Positions 10,705-23,049 of a DNA stretch of 64,000 bases are shown here, in pieces. A program made the position numbers and the translations under genes. Under the pieces are notes generated by a model. It saw nothing but the letters and a program-made list of their open reading frames with translations, did no database searches and had not been told where the DNA came from. Numbering within the stretch: the first letter of the stretch is position 1; every line of letters begins with the position of its first letter. The DNA comes from Heterodontus francisci (taxonomy: Eukaryota), in contig NC_090399.1 in NCBI RefSeq assembly GCF_036365525.1, forward strand, positions 49,570,430 to 49,634,429, read 5' to 3'.

Positions 10705-12559
10705 GGACACCTTCCATCACTTTTCTGATGATCAAGAGTAGACTGATGAGGGGGTAATTGGCCAGATTTGTCCTGCTTTTTGTGGACAGGACATACCTGG
10801 GTAATTTTCCACATTGTCGGATAGATGCCAGTGTTGTAGCTGTACTGGAACAGCCTGACTCGGGGCAAGCCAGTTCTGGAGCACAAGTATTCACGACTGC
10901 TGATGGGATGTTGTCAGGGCCCATAGCCTTTGCTGTATCTAGTACCTTCTGCTGTTCCTTGATATCACATGGATTGAATCAAATTGGCTGAAGACTGACA
11001 TCTATGACGCTGAGCACCTCAGGAGGAGGCCAAGATAGATCATCCACTCAGCACGTCTGGCTAAATGTCTTTGCACTGATGTGCTGGGCTCCCCCATCAT
11101 TAAGGCTGGTGATGTTTGTGGAGCCTCCTTCTCTAGTTAATTGTGCAATTGTCCACTGCCATTTATGACTGAATGTGGCAGGACTACAGAACTTTCATCT
11201 GATCCATTGGTTTGGGATCGCTTAGCTCTGTCTATCGCATGCTGCTTCTGCTGTTTAGCATGCATGTAGTCCTGTGTCTTCGCTTCACCAGGTTGGCCCC
11301 TCATTTTTATATATGCCTGGAGATGCTCCTGGCATGTTCTCCCGTACTCCTCATTGAACCACAGTTGATGCCCTGGCTTGGTGGCAATGGTAGAATGAGG
11401 GATATGCCGTGCCATGAGGTTACAGATTGTGCTTGGATATAATTCTGCTGCTGCTAATTGCCCACAGCACCTGAACGCCTATTTCTGAGCTGCCAGATCT
11501 GTTCTGAATCTATCCCATTTATTACGCTGGTAGTGCCACACAACACGATGAAAGATATCCTCAGTGTGAAGACCAGACAACATCTCCACAAGGACTGTGC
11601 GGTGATCACTCTCACCAATACTGTCACGGGCAGATGTATCTGAGACTGGTGGATTGTTGAGGGTGAGGTCAAGCAGGCTTTTCCCTCTTATTGGTACCCT
11701 CATCACCTGTCGCAGGCCCAGTCTTGCAGCAATGTCCTCAAGACTCAGCCAGCTTGGTCAGTGATGGTGCTACCCAACCACTGTTGGTGGTGGGCATATT
11801 AGTCCCCCACCCAGATTACATTCTGTGCCCTTGTTACCCTCAGTGCTGCTTCCAAGTGGTGTTCAACATGGAGGGGTACTGATTTATTAACTGAGGGAGG
11901 GCGGTAGGTCATAATCAACAGGGTGTTTCCTTGCCCATGTTTGACCTGATGCCATGAGACTTCATGGGGTCCGGAGTCAATGTTGAGGACTCCCAGGGTA
12001 ACTCCCTCCCAACTGTTTGCCACTATGCCACCACCTCAGGGATGATGATGGAAGAGTCTTGGACATTGGCTTAAGATAGGTCAGGCTCTTGCAACTAGTC
12101 TGTGGGACAGCTCTCCCAATTTTGGCACAAGTCCCTAGATAAGGACTTTGCAGGGTGTGCCATTGTCATTTCCGCTGCCTAGGTCGATGCCAGGTAGTCC
12201 GTCTGGTGTTATTCTTTTCTGACTTTTCTGTAGCGGTTTGGTACAACTGAGTGGTTTGCTAGGCCATTTCAGAGGGGTAGTTAACTCTGTGGGTCTGAAG
12301 TCACATGTCGGCCAGACCAGGTAAGGATGGCAGATTTCCTTCCCTCAAGGACATTCGTAAACCAGATGGGTTTTTACAACAATCCAGAAGTTTCATTGTC
12401 ATCATTAATGAGACCTACATTTAATTCCATTTTTTTAATTAATTAATTGGATTTAAATTCCACCAACTGCCATGGTGGGATGTTAACTCATGCCCCCACA
12501 GCATTAGTTGAGGCCTCTGGATTACTAGTCCAGTAACATTACCACTTTGCCACCTCCCC
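10705..12559 (-). mobile_element. tRNA-headed LINE copy B (head + EN + start of RT; 3' part missing)
   Basis: Collinear with copy A 4705-6668, including the head (12245-12559) and EN fragments HQVKHGQGN..YRPPS and IGESDH. Confidence 0.9.
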
Positions 12560-12649
12560 TTCCACATTGACCACAACATTGAGCTGCTCCCCTTCCCTAT
12601 TCAAAATGTTCCACTGAATGTTTTTCGTGATACACCTGTTTGGTTCTAT

Positions 12650-13770
12650 AACCATTAATAACCGTGGCTAACATAAATCTAGTGACATTTTTGATTGACC
12701 CCAAGCCTCAACAAGTTGTTGTATTGGGAGTTCCAGACTTCCACTCCCCTTCATGTGAAGAAATGCTTCCTAACATCAATCCTAAATGGTAATTTTAAAG
12801 TTATGACCCTCGATTGGTCTCCCACAACAGAGGAAATAGTTTCTCTCCATCAATCCTGCTAAATCCTTTAATCATCGTAGACTCTCCAATTAGATCACCC
12901 CTTAGTCTATTATAGTCAAGAGAGTACACACCTTATCTATGCAATCTGTCCTCATAATGTAATCCTTTTTTGCTTCTGCATAATTCTGATGTATCTGTCA
13001 AACCTCTGCCTTCCTGAGGTGCAGTGCCCAGAACTGAAATCAGTTCTCCAGATGAGGTTGAACCAGAACTCTGTACAGCTGTAGCACAACTTCCACCTCT
13101 TTGTATTCCAGCCACCTTGAGATAAAGGCCAATATTCCAGTAGCCTTTAAATTCATTCTTTCTACCTTTTCGTGATTTCTGTATTTAAATTCCTAAATTG
13201 CTCTGTTCATGCTCAGATCCTAGCTTCTTGCCTTTTACAAAATGCTCTGATCTATCTTACGTATGTCCAAAGAGGATGACCTCACACTTTGCCACATTGA
13301 AGTCTACCTAACCACTCACTTAGTCTATCAATGTCCCTTTGCAAATTTCTGTACCCATCTTCACTATTTGCTACCTAAATAGTGCTGCCTAACCTGGTGT
13401 CATCAGAAACCTTGGAGATGTGGCTCCCTTTTCCTTCATCTAAGCCATAGTGAAAAGCTAAGATCCTACAAGTCACATCCAGCCAATTTCAGTAGATACG
13501 AATACCTCTATCTCTGTCTTCTAACTCCTAGTCAATTCCCTAACCAATCCAATAGATTGTCTCCAATTCTGCACAGCTTCATTTTTGTTAATAATCTCCC
13601 ATGTGGATACTTACAAATGCCTTCTGGAAGTTCATGTAAATAATATCCATAGGCAATCCTTTTTGACCATGTTAGTTACCTCCTCACAAAATTCAACTAG
13701 GTTCATTAGACATGACTTACCCTTTGCGAATATACCCTAGCTCAATCCAATATGTTCATATTTGTCCAAA
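12650..13770 (-). mobile_element. Old CR1 LINE RT/3' fragment
   Basis: Degenerate CR1 RT and C-terminal motifs (GLHYEDRLHR; gcatttgtaagtatccacatg). Confidence 0.75.
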
Positions 13771-14829
13771 TACTGAGTCTGGCTATGAGGGACATTTTTC
13801 TGAAATTAGCTTTCAAAATGTTCACTGAGAATGCAATTCGGCATCACAAAAATTGCTACCTAGCCTTACAATCTTAATCAGAAGGTGACTGCTTACATCA
13901 TCTCAACCTCTGTCATTTGTCACCTTGTGTTTTTGAACCAGGGCCTTACCCTCCATATAACCCAGCAAGTATTTCGATATCATTTTAAAACCATTGTTGC
14001 AGATAATATCTACGATCATATGAACATGGTCAGGTGAGGTCTTAATATTTGAGGATCACACATGATTGTCAACACTGGATTGTGTCTCTTGTAGGAAGAG
14101 GAGAGTTATCTCCATGAGCACCACAGGAATAGAAAGCACAGTTTCGCCAGCCTTTATTCTGGAATGCACTCAGTCAGTCAAGTTTTGCAGAACTGCTGTT
14201 TAGCAAGGCCTTAACAGACCGAACACATTTTATCCACAGTATGGGACTCATGCAGTCAACAGCAAAGAGACTTGCTTCCCATTCATTTGAACTGGAAATC
14301 AACTGAGCATTGAGGGTTGAAAAACTATTGAACACTCATTGGTTCTGTATACATAAGATTTGTATTTCATAACTACAAGTTATGGCCATTTTCTGCACAA
14401 GATTCTACAGGGAGGTATCTGAAAAACTACAAAACAACACAGTAAAGGCTAATTGGAAACAAGACTTTGAACAGTCTCAAATTGTTTTGACTACTTTATG
14501 GTATAGCTCGATAAGTCAATGCATTGACTTTGTTAATTAGGATGCAGATAAAGATACTGATTAACTACCACTGGCTGTTCGAATTTGTACCCAGAAAACC
14601 TTACACCAATATTTTGTTTCCTTGAGAGAAGTATTACTTTTTTGCATTTTCTTACATAATAAACTAACTCCTAAAATTAAATTAAATTGATTTTCATAAT
14701 TTTAGAATTTAAATAAAAACCAGTTCAATTTGAATCCAGGAACAACTTGCTCACACAACAGAATGTGGAACCCTGTGCCCAGAAGTTCACAGATACAGAA
14801 TTAAGTGAAGTGTTTAGACAAAAAAAGAT

Positions 14830-15170
14830 AGCTACTTCATCCAACCCTATCAACATATCCTTTCACTCCTTTCCCTCTCATGTACTTATTTAGCTGATCC
14901 TTAAAGACCTCAATGTTAGTGCCTCAACTGCCCCATGTGGCACGTTCTTCCTCAGAAATAACTATAACCCCAATTTGGTGTCATCCGCAACTTTGAAATT
15001 GTACAAATCGTTTGCATAAATGGTGAACAGCAGTGCTCTCAGTAGTGATCCCAATGGAGCACTACTTCCCACTTTCTGGTAGTCTGTGTAACTACATTTA
15101 ACCCCTACTCATTGTATTCTCTTTTGTCCATTCTGCTACTTGTCCCCTGACTCCATATACTTTGACCTTT
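14830..15170 (-). mobile_element. Old CR1 fragments
   Basis: ttgcggatgacaccaaattgg (ADDTKL motif) on the - strand; CR1-like tail. Confidence 0.6.
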
Positions 15171-15199
15171 CTCTCTCTCTTTGTCATTGTTACTACTGA

Positions 15200-15884
15200 C
15201 ATGGAACACAAAAGTCCGAGTGTTTCAAGCCTGTGTCCTCAGTACCTTGCTCTATGGCAGCAAGGCCTGGACAATGTATGTCAGCCAAGAGCGACGTCTC
15301 AACTCATTCCATCTTCACTGCCTCCAGAGCATCCTTGGCATCAGGTGGCAGGACCGTATGCAGAAGTCCTCGAGGCGGCCAACATCCCCAGCATATACAC
15401 TCGACTGAGCCAGCTTGGGTGCTTGAGATGGCTTGGCCATGTGAGCCGCATGGAAGTTGGCAGGATCCCCAAGGACACATTGTACAGCGAGCTCGTCACT
15501 GGTATCAGACCCACCGGCCGTCCATGTCTCCGCTTTAAAGACGTCTGCAAATGCGACATGAAGTCCTGTGACATTGACCACAAGTCATGGGAGTCAGTTG
15601 CCAGTGATCGCCAGAGCTGGCGGACAGCCATAAAGGTGGGGCTAAAGAGTGGCGAGTCGAAGAGACTTAGCAGTTGGCAGGAAAAAAGATAGAAGCGCAA
15701 GGAGAGAGCCAACTGTGTAACAGCCCCGACAACCAATTTTATCTGTAGCACCTGTGGATGAGTCTGTCACTCTAGAATTGGCCTTCATAGCCACTCCAGG
15801 CGCTGCTTCACAAACCACTGACCATCTCCAGGCACTTACCCATTGTCTCTCAGGACAAGGAGGCCAAAGAAGAAGAAGAAGAAG
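15200..15884 (+). mobile_element. RTE-clade LINE 3' fragment
   Basis: LSTLLYGSKAW, LRWLGHVSRME, RIPKDTLYSEL, GRPCLRFKDVCK; C-terminal zinc finger; (AAG)n tail. Confidence 0.9.
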
Positions 15885-18220
15885 CCTTTCTTTCTCTCTT
15901 CCTGCTTCTTTCATTCACTCTCTCTTCCTGTCTCTTTCTCTCTCTCTATCTCTCTCAGACTCTTTATCTTCCATCTCTATCCTTGCACTTTGTGCTTCTT
16001 TGTGTCGCTGTCTTTTATATCTATCTATATCTATCCCCATTTCTTTCTCTTTCTCTCTCTGCCTTTGTACCTATCTCTCTCCTTCTTTGTCCCAAATATT
16101 AATTATGTCACTGTCTCTGTCTTTTCCCCTGTCTTTCATTCTCTCTCTCCTCTCTCTTATTCCATCTCAGTCACTGTCCTTCTGTTTTCTCTTTATCACT
16201 ATCTCTTTGACCCTGTGTGTCTTTAATTCCTTCACTCTCCCTCTGTCCATCACTCTCTCTCTCTCTCTATCTCTGTTTCTTTCCCAGTTTCTATTTTTCT
16301 TTCTCTTTATCTCTATTATTTTTCTCTTACTCTTTCTGCCAAAATTTCTCTCTTATCCCCATTATATAGGCTTCATTGAAAAGTACTCTGAAACATTTCA
16401 GACTCACAGGAGGGAGAGGAAGTGAGTAGAGATGAAGAGTGGAGGGGAAGTAGAATGGAGGGAAGGGAGAGCATGGAACAGAGGGGGGGAGTGGAGAAAC
16501 GGAGACAGAATGGAGAAAGGGGAAGAAAGTGTAGGAAGGGGGGCAGGAGGAGAGGGCACAGAGTGAAGGACAAGAGAGTGGAGGGGTGGGAGACAGTGGA
16601 GGAGAGGGTAAGGTGAGGAAAGAGGAGAGAGTGGAAGGGATGGAGTGCAAGGGGAGGAAGGGGATAGAGAAGGGGCAGAGAGAGAGGGCAGAGGGAAAGG
16701 GGCAATTGGTAGGAGGAGAATGGAGGGGGAGTGGAGATCTAGGGGAGGGGAAATGGGGAGAGGGAAGGGAAGGAGATGGGAAGGGATGTGGAGGGGAGGG
16801 AGTGGAGGAGAGGGTGAATGTGGAGGGAGGGATAGTGAACTGGGAGTGGACAGTGGAGAGGGGTGAAGGGAGAGTGTACAAGGGAGGGGAGTTAGTGGCT
16901 AGAAAGGAGAGAAAGGTGAAAGAGGAATGGATGGGAAAGGGAGGGTGAAATTTGGGTGGGGAGGGAGTATAGGGGAAGGAGTGGGATAGGGTGGAGAGTA
17001 AGGGAGAAAGGTGTTGACGCGTGTCGGGGGAGGGGAGCAAGAGCGTGGTGTGGAGGGGGATAGTAGAGGAGCAGAGGAGAGAGGGCTGGAGGGAGAGGAG
17101 GGGAGGGGAGGAGGAGGGGAAGGGTTGAGGAGAAGAGGGGGATGGGAGGGGAAGTGGAGTGGGGCTTGGCGGATCGGAGGGGGAGGTGGAGAAATATCAG
17201 GGAGAGGAACGGAGAGAATGAAGTGGAGGGTGATAGAGTGGAGGTTCGGGAGAGTGTGAAGAGGAAGGGGAGAGTTTGGATGGCAGGGACAGAGTGGAGA
17301 AGGAGTGGAGGCTGAGAATTGAAGGAGAAGAGTGGGCGAGCGTGGACTCGGGGAAGGGGGAAGGGGAGAGAATGAAGGGTGGACAGTGTTTCTCTCTCCA
17401 CCAATGCTCTTTGGCCTTATCAACATTTCCAGTATTTTCTGTTTCTGCTTCCGATTTCCATTATCTACAGTATTTTGCCCTGGATCCCTGGTTTACTGAA
17501 TACTGAAGCAGTTACAGACTCCCTCACACCAGGGCTGAGAAAATATTCTGGTTTATTGAGTCCAGCAACATTGATTGTTACGTGGTCCCTATCTCACCGT
17601 CCTCTCTCTATCCCTGTCTCTGTTTCTTTTGTTTCATTCTCTCATTTCTTCCCTGTCAATTTCACTATGTTCCTTTATATTTCTCTCTCTCTCTGTATCT
17701 GTCTATCTTTCACCCTATCCCTGTATTTGTCTCTGTCTCTAAATATACCTTTCTGTGTGTGTGTCTCTCTCTCACTCTTTCCATCTCTCTTTACTTTTCT
17801 GACCATATTTCTTTTGATGTCCCTGTCACTTGTTCCCTTTCTTTAGCACTCTCCTCTCTCTCTTTGTATTTTTATCTTTGTCTCTCCTCTTACTCACTCT
17901 CCCTTTCACTCTCCCTATCTCTCTGTTACAAGCATTACTGAATCTGCCTCTTTCTCTCTCTGTCCATGTGTTCTTTTTCTGTGTCTCTAGTTTTGTCTTT
18001 CATTGTCTGTCTCTCTGACTTTCAGCATCGCTCTCTCTGTTTCTCTCAGTTACTGTTTCACTGAATTTCATCGTCTCTCTCTAACCTTCTACATTTCTTG
18101 CTCTAAGTGTCTCTTTTATATCTCTTTTGTTATTTCTATCTTTGTCTCTCTTACTTTCTCTCACTCACTGTCTTTTTCACTCTCTCTCTTTCTCAATTCC
18201 TCTCTCTGTTCTGCTCTCCA
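15885..18220. repeat. Low-complexity block: CT-rich (15885-16345), GA-rich (16405-17380), CT-rich (17590-18220)
   Basis: Base composition read directly; a Penelope-type repeat arm lies at 17385-17480. Confidence 0.9.
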
Positions 18221-18561
18221 AAGTATTCATGAATGAAAAGTATGCTGAAATGTTTGTGTCTCACCATTTAAAATGACGAGTATCAAATTGCATTTCTGAA
18301 ACAGTATGTGTTATATTGAAGATTCAAATAAGGGCTGGAAATCTTTCAGATAAATTTAGCTTCTCAACCTGAAAGATTTTAGGGTTTAAAGATGTGCTGG
18401 GATCTGAGCTCAAATATTGTTTCCATGCAGACATTCCAGCATGTTGGAGCTCCCTGTTACTTTTGCGAGACAGGGATGAGATGGGATTGTTCAATGTAAT
18501 CTCAGGCCTCACCATGCAGGTGCGGACTTCAGACTTAGAAGTGCTCAGGGCTGAATTTCTA

Positions 18562-19705
18562 AGGACATAAGCAATAGGAGCAGGAGTAGGCCATTCAGCC
18601 CTTCAAGCCTGCTCTGCCGTTCAATGAGATCATGACTGATCTTCCACTTCAACACCATTTTCCTGCACTATCCCCGTATTCTTTGACATTTTCAATACGT
18701 AGAAATCTATAGGTCTTCGTCTTGAATTGGTTCTGGACTCCCCAGCCAGGGGAAACATCCTTCCTGCATCAACCGTGTCGAGCCCTGTAAGAATTTTGCA
18801 TGTTTGAATGAGATCATCTCTCATTCTTCTAAACTCCAGAGAATGAAGGCCCTGTCTATTTAATCTTTCCTCAAAGGACAATCCCTCCATCCCAGGAATT
18901 AGTTTGGTGAACCTTCGTTGCACTCCCTTTATGGCAAGTATATTTTTCCTTAGGTAAGGAGACCAAAACTGCATACAATACTCCAGGTGCAGTCTCACCA
19001 AGGCTCTATATAATTGCAGTAAGACATCTTTATTCCTATACTCAAATACTCTTGTAATGAAGGCCAACATACCATTTGCCTTCTTAATTGCTTGCTGCAC
19101 CTGCATGTTAGCTTTCAGTGACTCATAAACAAGGACACCCATGGCCCTTTGAATTTCAACACTTCCCAGCCTCTCACCTTTCAAGAAATACTCTGTATTT
19201 CCGTTTTTCCTACCAAAGTGGGTAGCCTCACATTTCTCCACATTGTATTCCATCTGCCAAGTTTTTTCTCACTTGCTTAGCCTCTCCAAATCCCCTTCAA
19301 GCATCTTTGCATCCTCCTCACAACTCACACTTCCATCTAGTTTTGTGTCATCTGCAATCTTGGAAATATTACATTTAATCCCACATCCAGATCATTGATA
19401 TAGATTGCGAATAGCTGGGGCCCAAGCACTGATCCTTGCGGTAACCCACTAGTCACAGCCCGCCAACATGAAAATGACCCATTTATTCCTACTCTGTTTT
19501 CTGTCTTTTAACCAGTTCGCAATCCATGCCAGTATATTCCCCCCAATTCCATGTGCTCTAATTTTGTTTACTAACCTTTTGTGTGGGACCTTTTCAAAAG
19601 CTTTCTTAAAATCTAAACAGACCACATCCACTGGTTCAACCTTATCTATTCTGCTAGTTACATCTTCAAAAGCTCCAACATGTTTATTAAATATGATTTC
19701 CCTTT
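18562..19705 (-). mobile_element. CR1 LINE RT-3' fragment
   Basis: LDFKKAFEKVPHKRL, LYRALVRLHLEYCMQFWSPY; CR1 tail. Confidence 0.92.
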
Positions 19706-20536
19706 CATTTACACCAAAAGGATAACCCGAGTAGCATTGCCAACTTCAGCGCCCCTGGTGCAGGCCCATACGGTGCACCAGGAAATTCTACATCATTAGC
19801 TTGTGATTCTTTGTTTTTTTCTTTTCAATGACAGATGGAAGGTACAGAATTCCCTAATATGCAGCTTGGATGTAATTCAGAAGTGGAAAATTCCTGTCAT
19901 ATTTCACTGAAGTAGTGAACAATTGGGCTGATTAAAAAAGCAAATAAAATCACATTCCAACCATTAATCTCAAGCCAATGACTTTGAATGGGACTGTTGG
20001 AGGACAGACTCAGTATTGTATCAGTCTGGCCCGTGATAACACCAAGATTGAATTGCACTTTGACACATTGCTTGACAGCTGATCAGAATAGCACAAATGA
20101 TTGGAGTAAATTTGCGTTATCTGTAATTTGAATCCTGCTGCAAAGTACACTCAAGCTCACAGTATCTGGATTATTAGTCCCAACTTCAGTAATGTAAACA
20201 CTGTACTAATTTTCCCCATCGAACATAGAGCTGCCACAAACATCTAAGTCCTACCTGAAGAAAGCTTTAAGTCTGTACAAGCTTGTTGGAGAACTATCTT
20301 GCCACTATCTGTCCAGTAGAAACATATTGCAACGTGCAGCAGTACCATATACTGTGTGTGAGGTTAGTCTGTGATAGAGCAGTGTATTTCAGTAAGGTAG
20401 TAAGTGGCGACTTAATTCATCTGGTGTGTTCAGGGTGTCTGCTAGTTGCCCAACTTTTGGAAGGAACCTGTGTTTTGATGAGAGCAAAGGGATTTCATTT
20501 GTTCATTAGTCTAAAAGGTGGTCTTATTGAAACATA

Positions 20537-22223
20537 TGTCCCAGCCACATGGTGTTACATGGGTGGTTCCCACTGTTCAACTCCCCATCTGTCTGCAACA
20601 AGTGCATTTGTATTAAAAGTTCAATCCCTTGATGTTATATTTTTCAAATAACCAGACAGTGACAGGTTTTCTTGTAGGTTTTAAAAAACAGAAAGTCAAT
20701 TGTTTATTGATCAATACGCCTTATCCCAAATTTGACACAACTTCATTCACTCACGCATTTGTTCATACACACGAGCGTGCACAAAAACACACATACATAC
20801 ACACGAAACAGACAGAGAAGGGAAAGAGGTAGATGGGTTTCGTGGCGGCAAAGGGTTATGATAAACCTGTTGCAGGCCTGAGATGATTGTAGATTTCTGT
20901 CTTGATTGTAGGTTCTGTTGAAGATGACCGGTCACTTCTAGCTCTTCCAGCTCTGCTGTATTATGTAGATGTTAGATATTTTCATCAGGGAAGATGTTTT
21001 CTAGCTTGCTAGAATGCCAGCTGTTACAAGTAGCTTCACCTTCTGGGTCAGTCTCTTAGGTCTTTTTTTTAAAATAAAACTGTCACTTCTCACCTTCTGT
21101 TAGGAGACATTCTGGTTTCTTTCCCATGGTAATCACACAATAGCCAAGGATGTAACTACTTCACACCTCCTGTGTTTTAGAAGAAGACATTCAACTCTGG
21201 AATGTTTTTAGGATGGCTGCATTTTCTGACAAAGCAACCTCTAGGTAGCTCAGTACTTGCACATGCACAAATGCAGCCTCATGCATTGAAACGTCACTAT
21301 CTGCGACATTTTTGGCAGCTGCCAGTAATAAAGATGGTGCTGCTCAAATTATCACAAAAACAAAAACAAATTAAATCCAAGTCCCCACAAAGGCTGCGAT
21401 CGCTGCCTCCATCCCACCTCCAACAGTACTCCGCTCCCTCCTGCCATCGCACTTCTCGTCACCGTTGCCTTCTGCACCCATCTGTTCGCTGCTTGCTCCC
21501 GCTATTGCCATCTTTTTTCCCGCATGGGGGAAGCGGGGGTGAGAGAGTGACAAGATGGCGAGGGGAGGGAGACTGCGATCGGGACGGAGCAGGGAGCAGA
21601 AGCAGGAGGGAGCAGGAAGCAGAAGTAGCAAAGAGTGGGGCAGCAGAGGCAGAGCAGAAGGGAGGAAGCGGTCAGGCTGGGAACGAGTGGCCCAGAGGTC
21701 GGGGAAGGGGGTGAAGCAGGAGCGAGCAAGTGGCCGAGGGAGGAGAAGTGGCAAGGTGGGAAGTGAATGGCCCACAGGTAGGTGGGAAGGGGGTGAAGCG
21801 GGCAGCGAGCAGCCGAGGGGGGAGAAGCAACGAGGCGGGGAGCAAGCGGTGAGCAGGCGTTGCAGTACGCAAAGACGCTTTCGTGCATATGTGCGAATTA
21901 GTCCTGGCAAACTGGGTGCTGATGTAGGCTGCACATGCGCAGCACCATACTGACAGCAGGGGTCCGTTCTGCACAACATGTCCGAATCTAGGAGCACTCT
22001 GATGATGTCGGTGCTGGACTGCATTGTCAGGAGTCACTTTGTTTAAGGTTAGGTGCGAGACTGTGTGAATACAAAAAATGTAATCCCAGTTTCTTTGGCA
22101 GCCATTTTGGGCCATTGTTCACTTTTAAAAAATAAACGTTCATTTTTTCTTAAATCCGTTTTCATAAGTCCGTTTTTATTTCTTAACTCTTCAGACATCT
22201 TCGCACCTCCAATGTCCATGACA
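20537..22223 (-). mobile_element. Solo LTR (gypsy-type) inserted into a CR1 fragment, with a nested insertion
   Basis: TGTC...GACA termini; 4-bp TSD cata/caga; splits the CR1 sequence ttattgaaacata|taagatcctgagg; - strand AATAAA near 20705. Confidence 0.7.
21226..22030. mobile_element. GC-rich non-autonomous element nested in the solo LTR
   Basis: Terminal inverted repeats CTGACAAAGCA / TGCATTGTCAG; GC-rich interior unlike the flanking LTR. Confidence 0.5.
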
Positions 22224-22227
22224 CAGA

Positions 22228-22600
22228 TAAGATCCTGAGGGGACTTGACAGGGTGGATGCTGAAAGGATATTTCCCTTATGGGAGAGACTACAACGAGGG
22301 GACATTGTTTAAAAATTAGAGGTCTCCCATTTAACATGGAGATGAGGAGATTTTCTTTTCCTTTTAGAAGGTTGTTAGTCCGTGAAATTCTCTTCCCCAC
22401 AGAGCAGTGAAGGCTGGGTCATTGAATATTTTTTAGGCTGAGTTAGACCGAATCTTGATTGACAAGGGAGTCAAAGGTTATAGCAGGAAGACCAGAAAAT
22501 AGAGTTGAGGCCACAATCAGATCAGACATAGTCTTACCAAATGGCAACGCAGTTTCGAGGGGCTGAATGGCGTACTCATGCTCCTAATTCACATGTTCAT
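22228..22600 (+). mobile_element. CR1 3' fragment (continuation of 20515-20536)
   Basis: KILRGLDRVD, TRGHCLK motifs; CR1 tail. Confidence 0.85.
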
Positions 22601-23049
22601 AAAGGGATAGTGCAGCAAAAGAGTGAAGAGAGTGGAAATAAAAGCAGAAAAATGCTGAAAATATTCAGCAGGTCTGGCAACAACTGTAGAGGTAGAAATA
22701 ATTTAACATTTCAGGCCAAGATAATTTAACATTTCAAGTAAAGATATCAGCTGGAAGAATTAAGGCATAAGATAGAATAAAGAGGCAAAAGAGAAACCCG
22801 TAGCCTATGTTTTCACTGCCTCAGTATTAGCAGGTCTCTGTGCGCTTTCTGCATTGTGTACTTTTAATGTAGATTTCCAACATTTGCAGTTTACTTGTTT
22901 CCATCTTTATTGAAAGAATCTGAAGTGATAATGACATTTTATCATATGCGTTCCCAACCCACCTCCTTCCTAATAAGTAGTTTTAGTCATCTTTGAATAT
23001 ACGTGATTTGGGAGGGGCAGGGGATGGATTCGCCTACAATACTGCTTCT

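Noticed and set aside
15754-18236. S/L/F-rich, P-rich and G/E/R-rich ORFs
   Set aside because: Artefacts of CT/GA low-complexity sequence
21202-22115. Overlapping 130-217 aa ORFs
   Set aside because: GC-rich repeat interior with few stops on both strands and no recognisable domain
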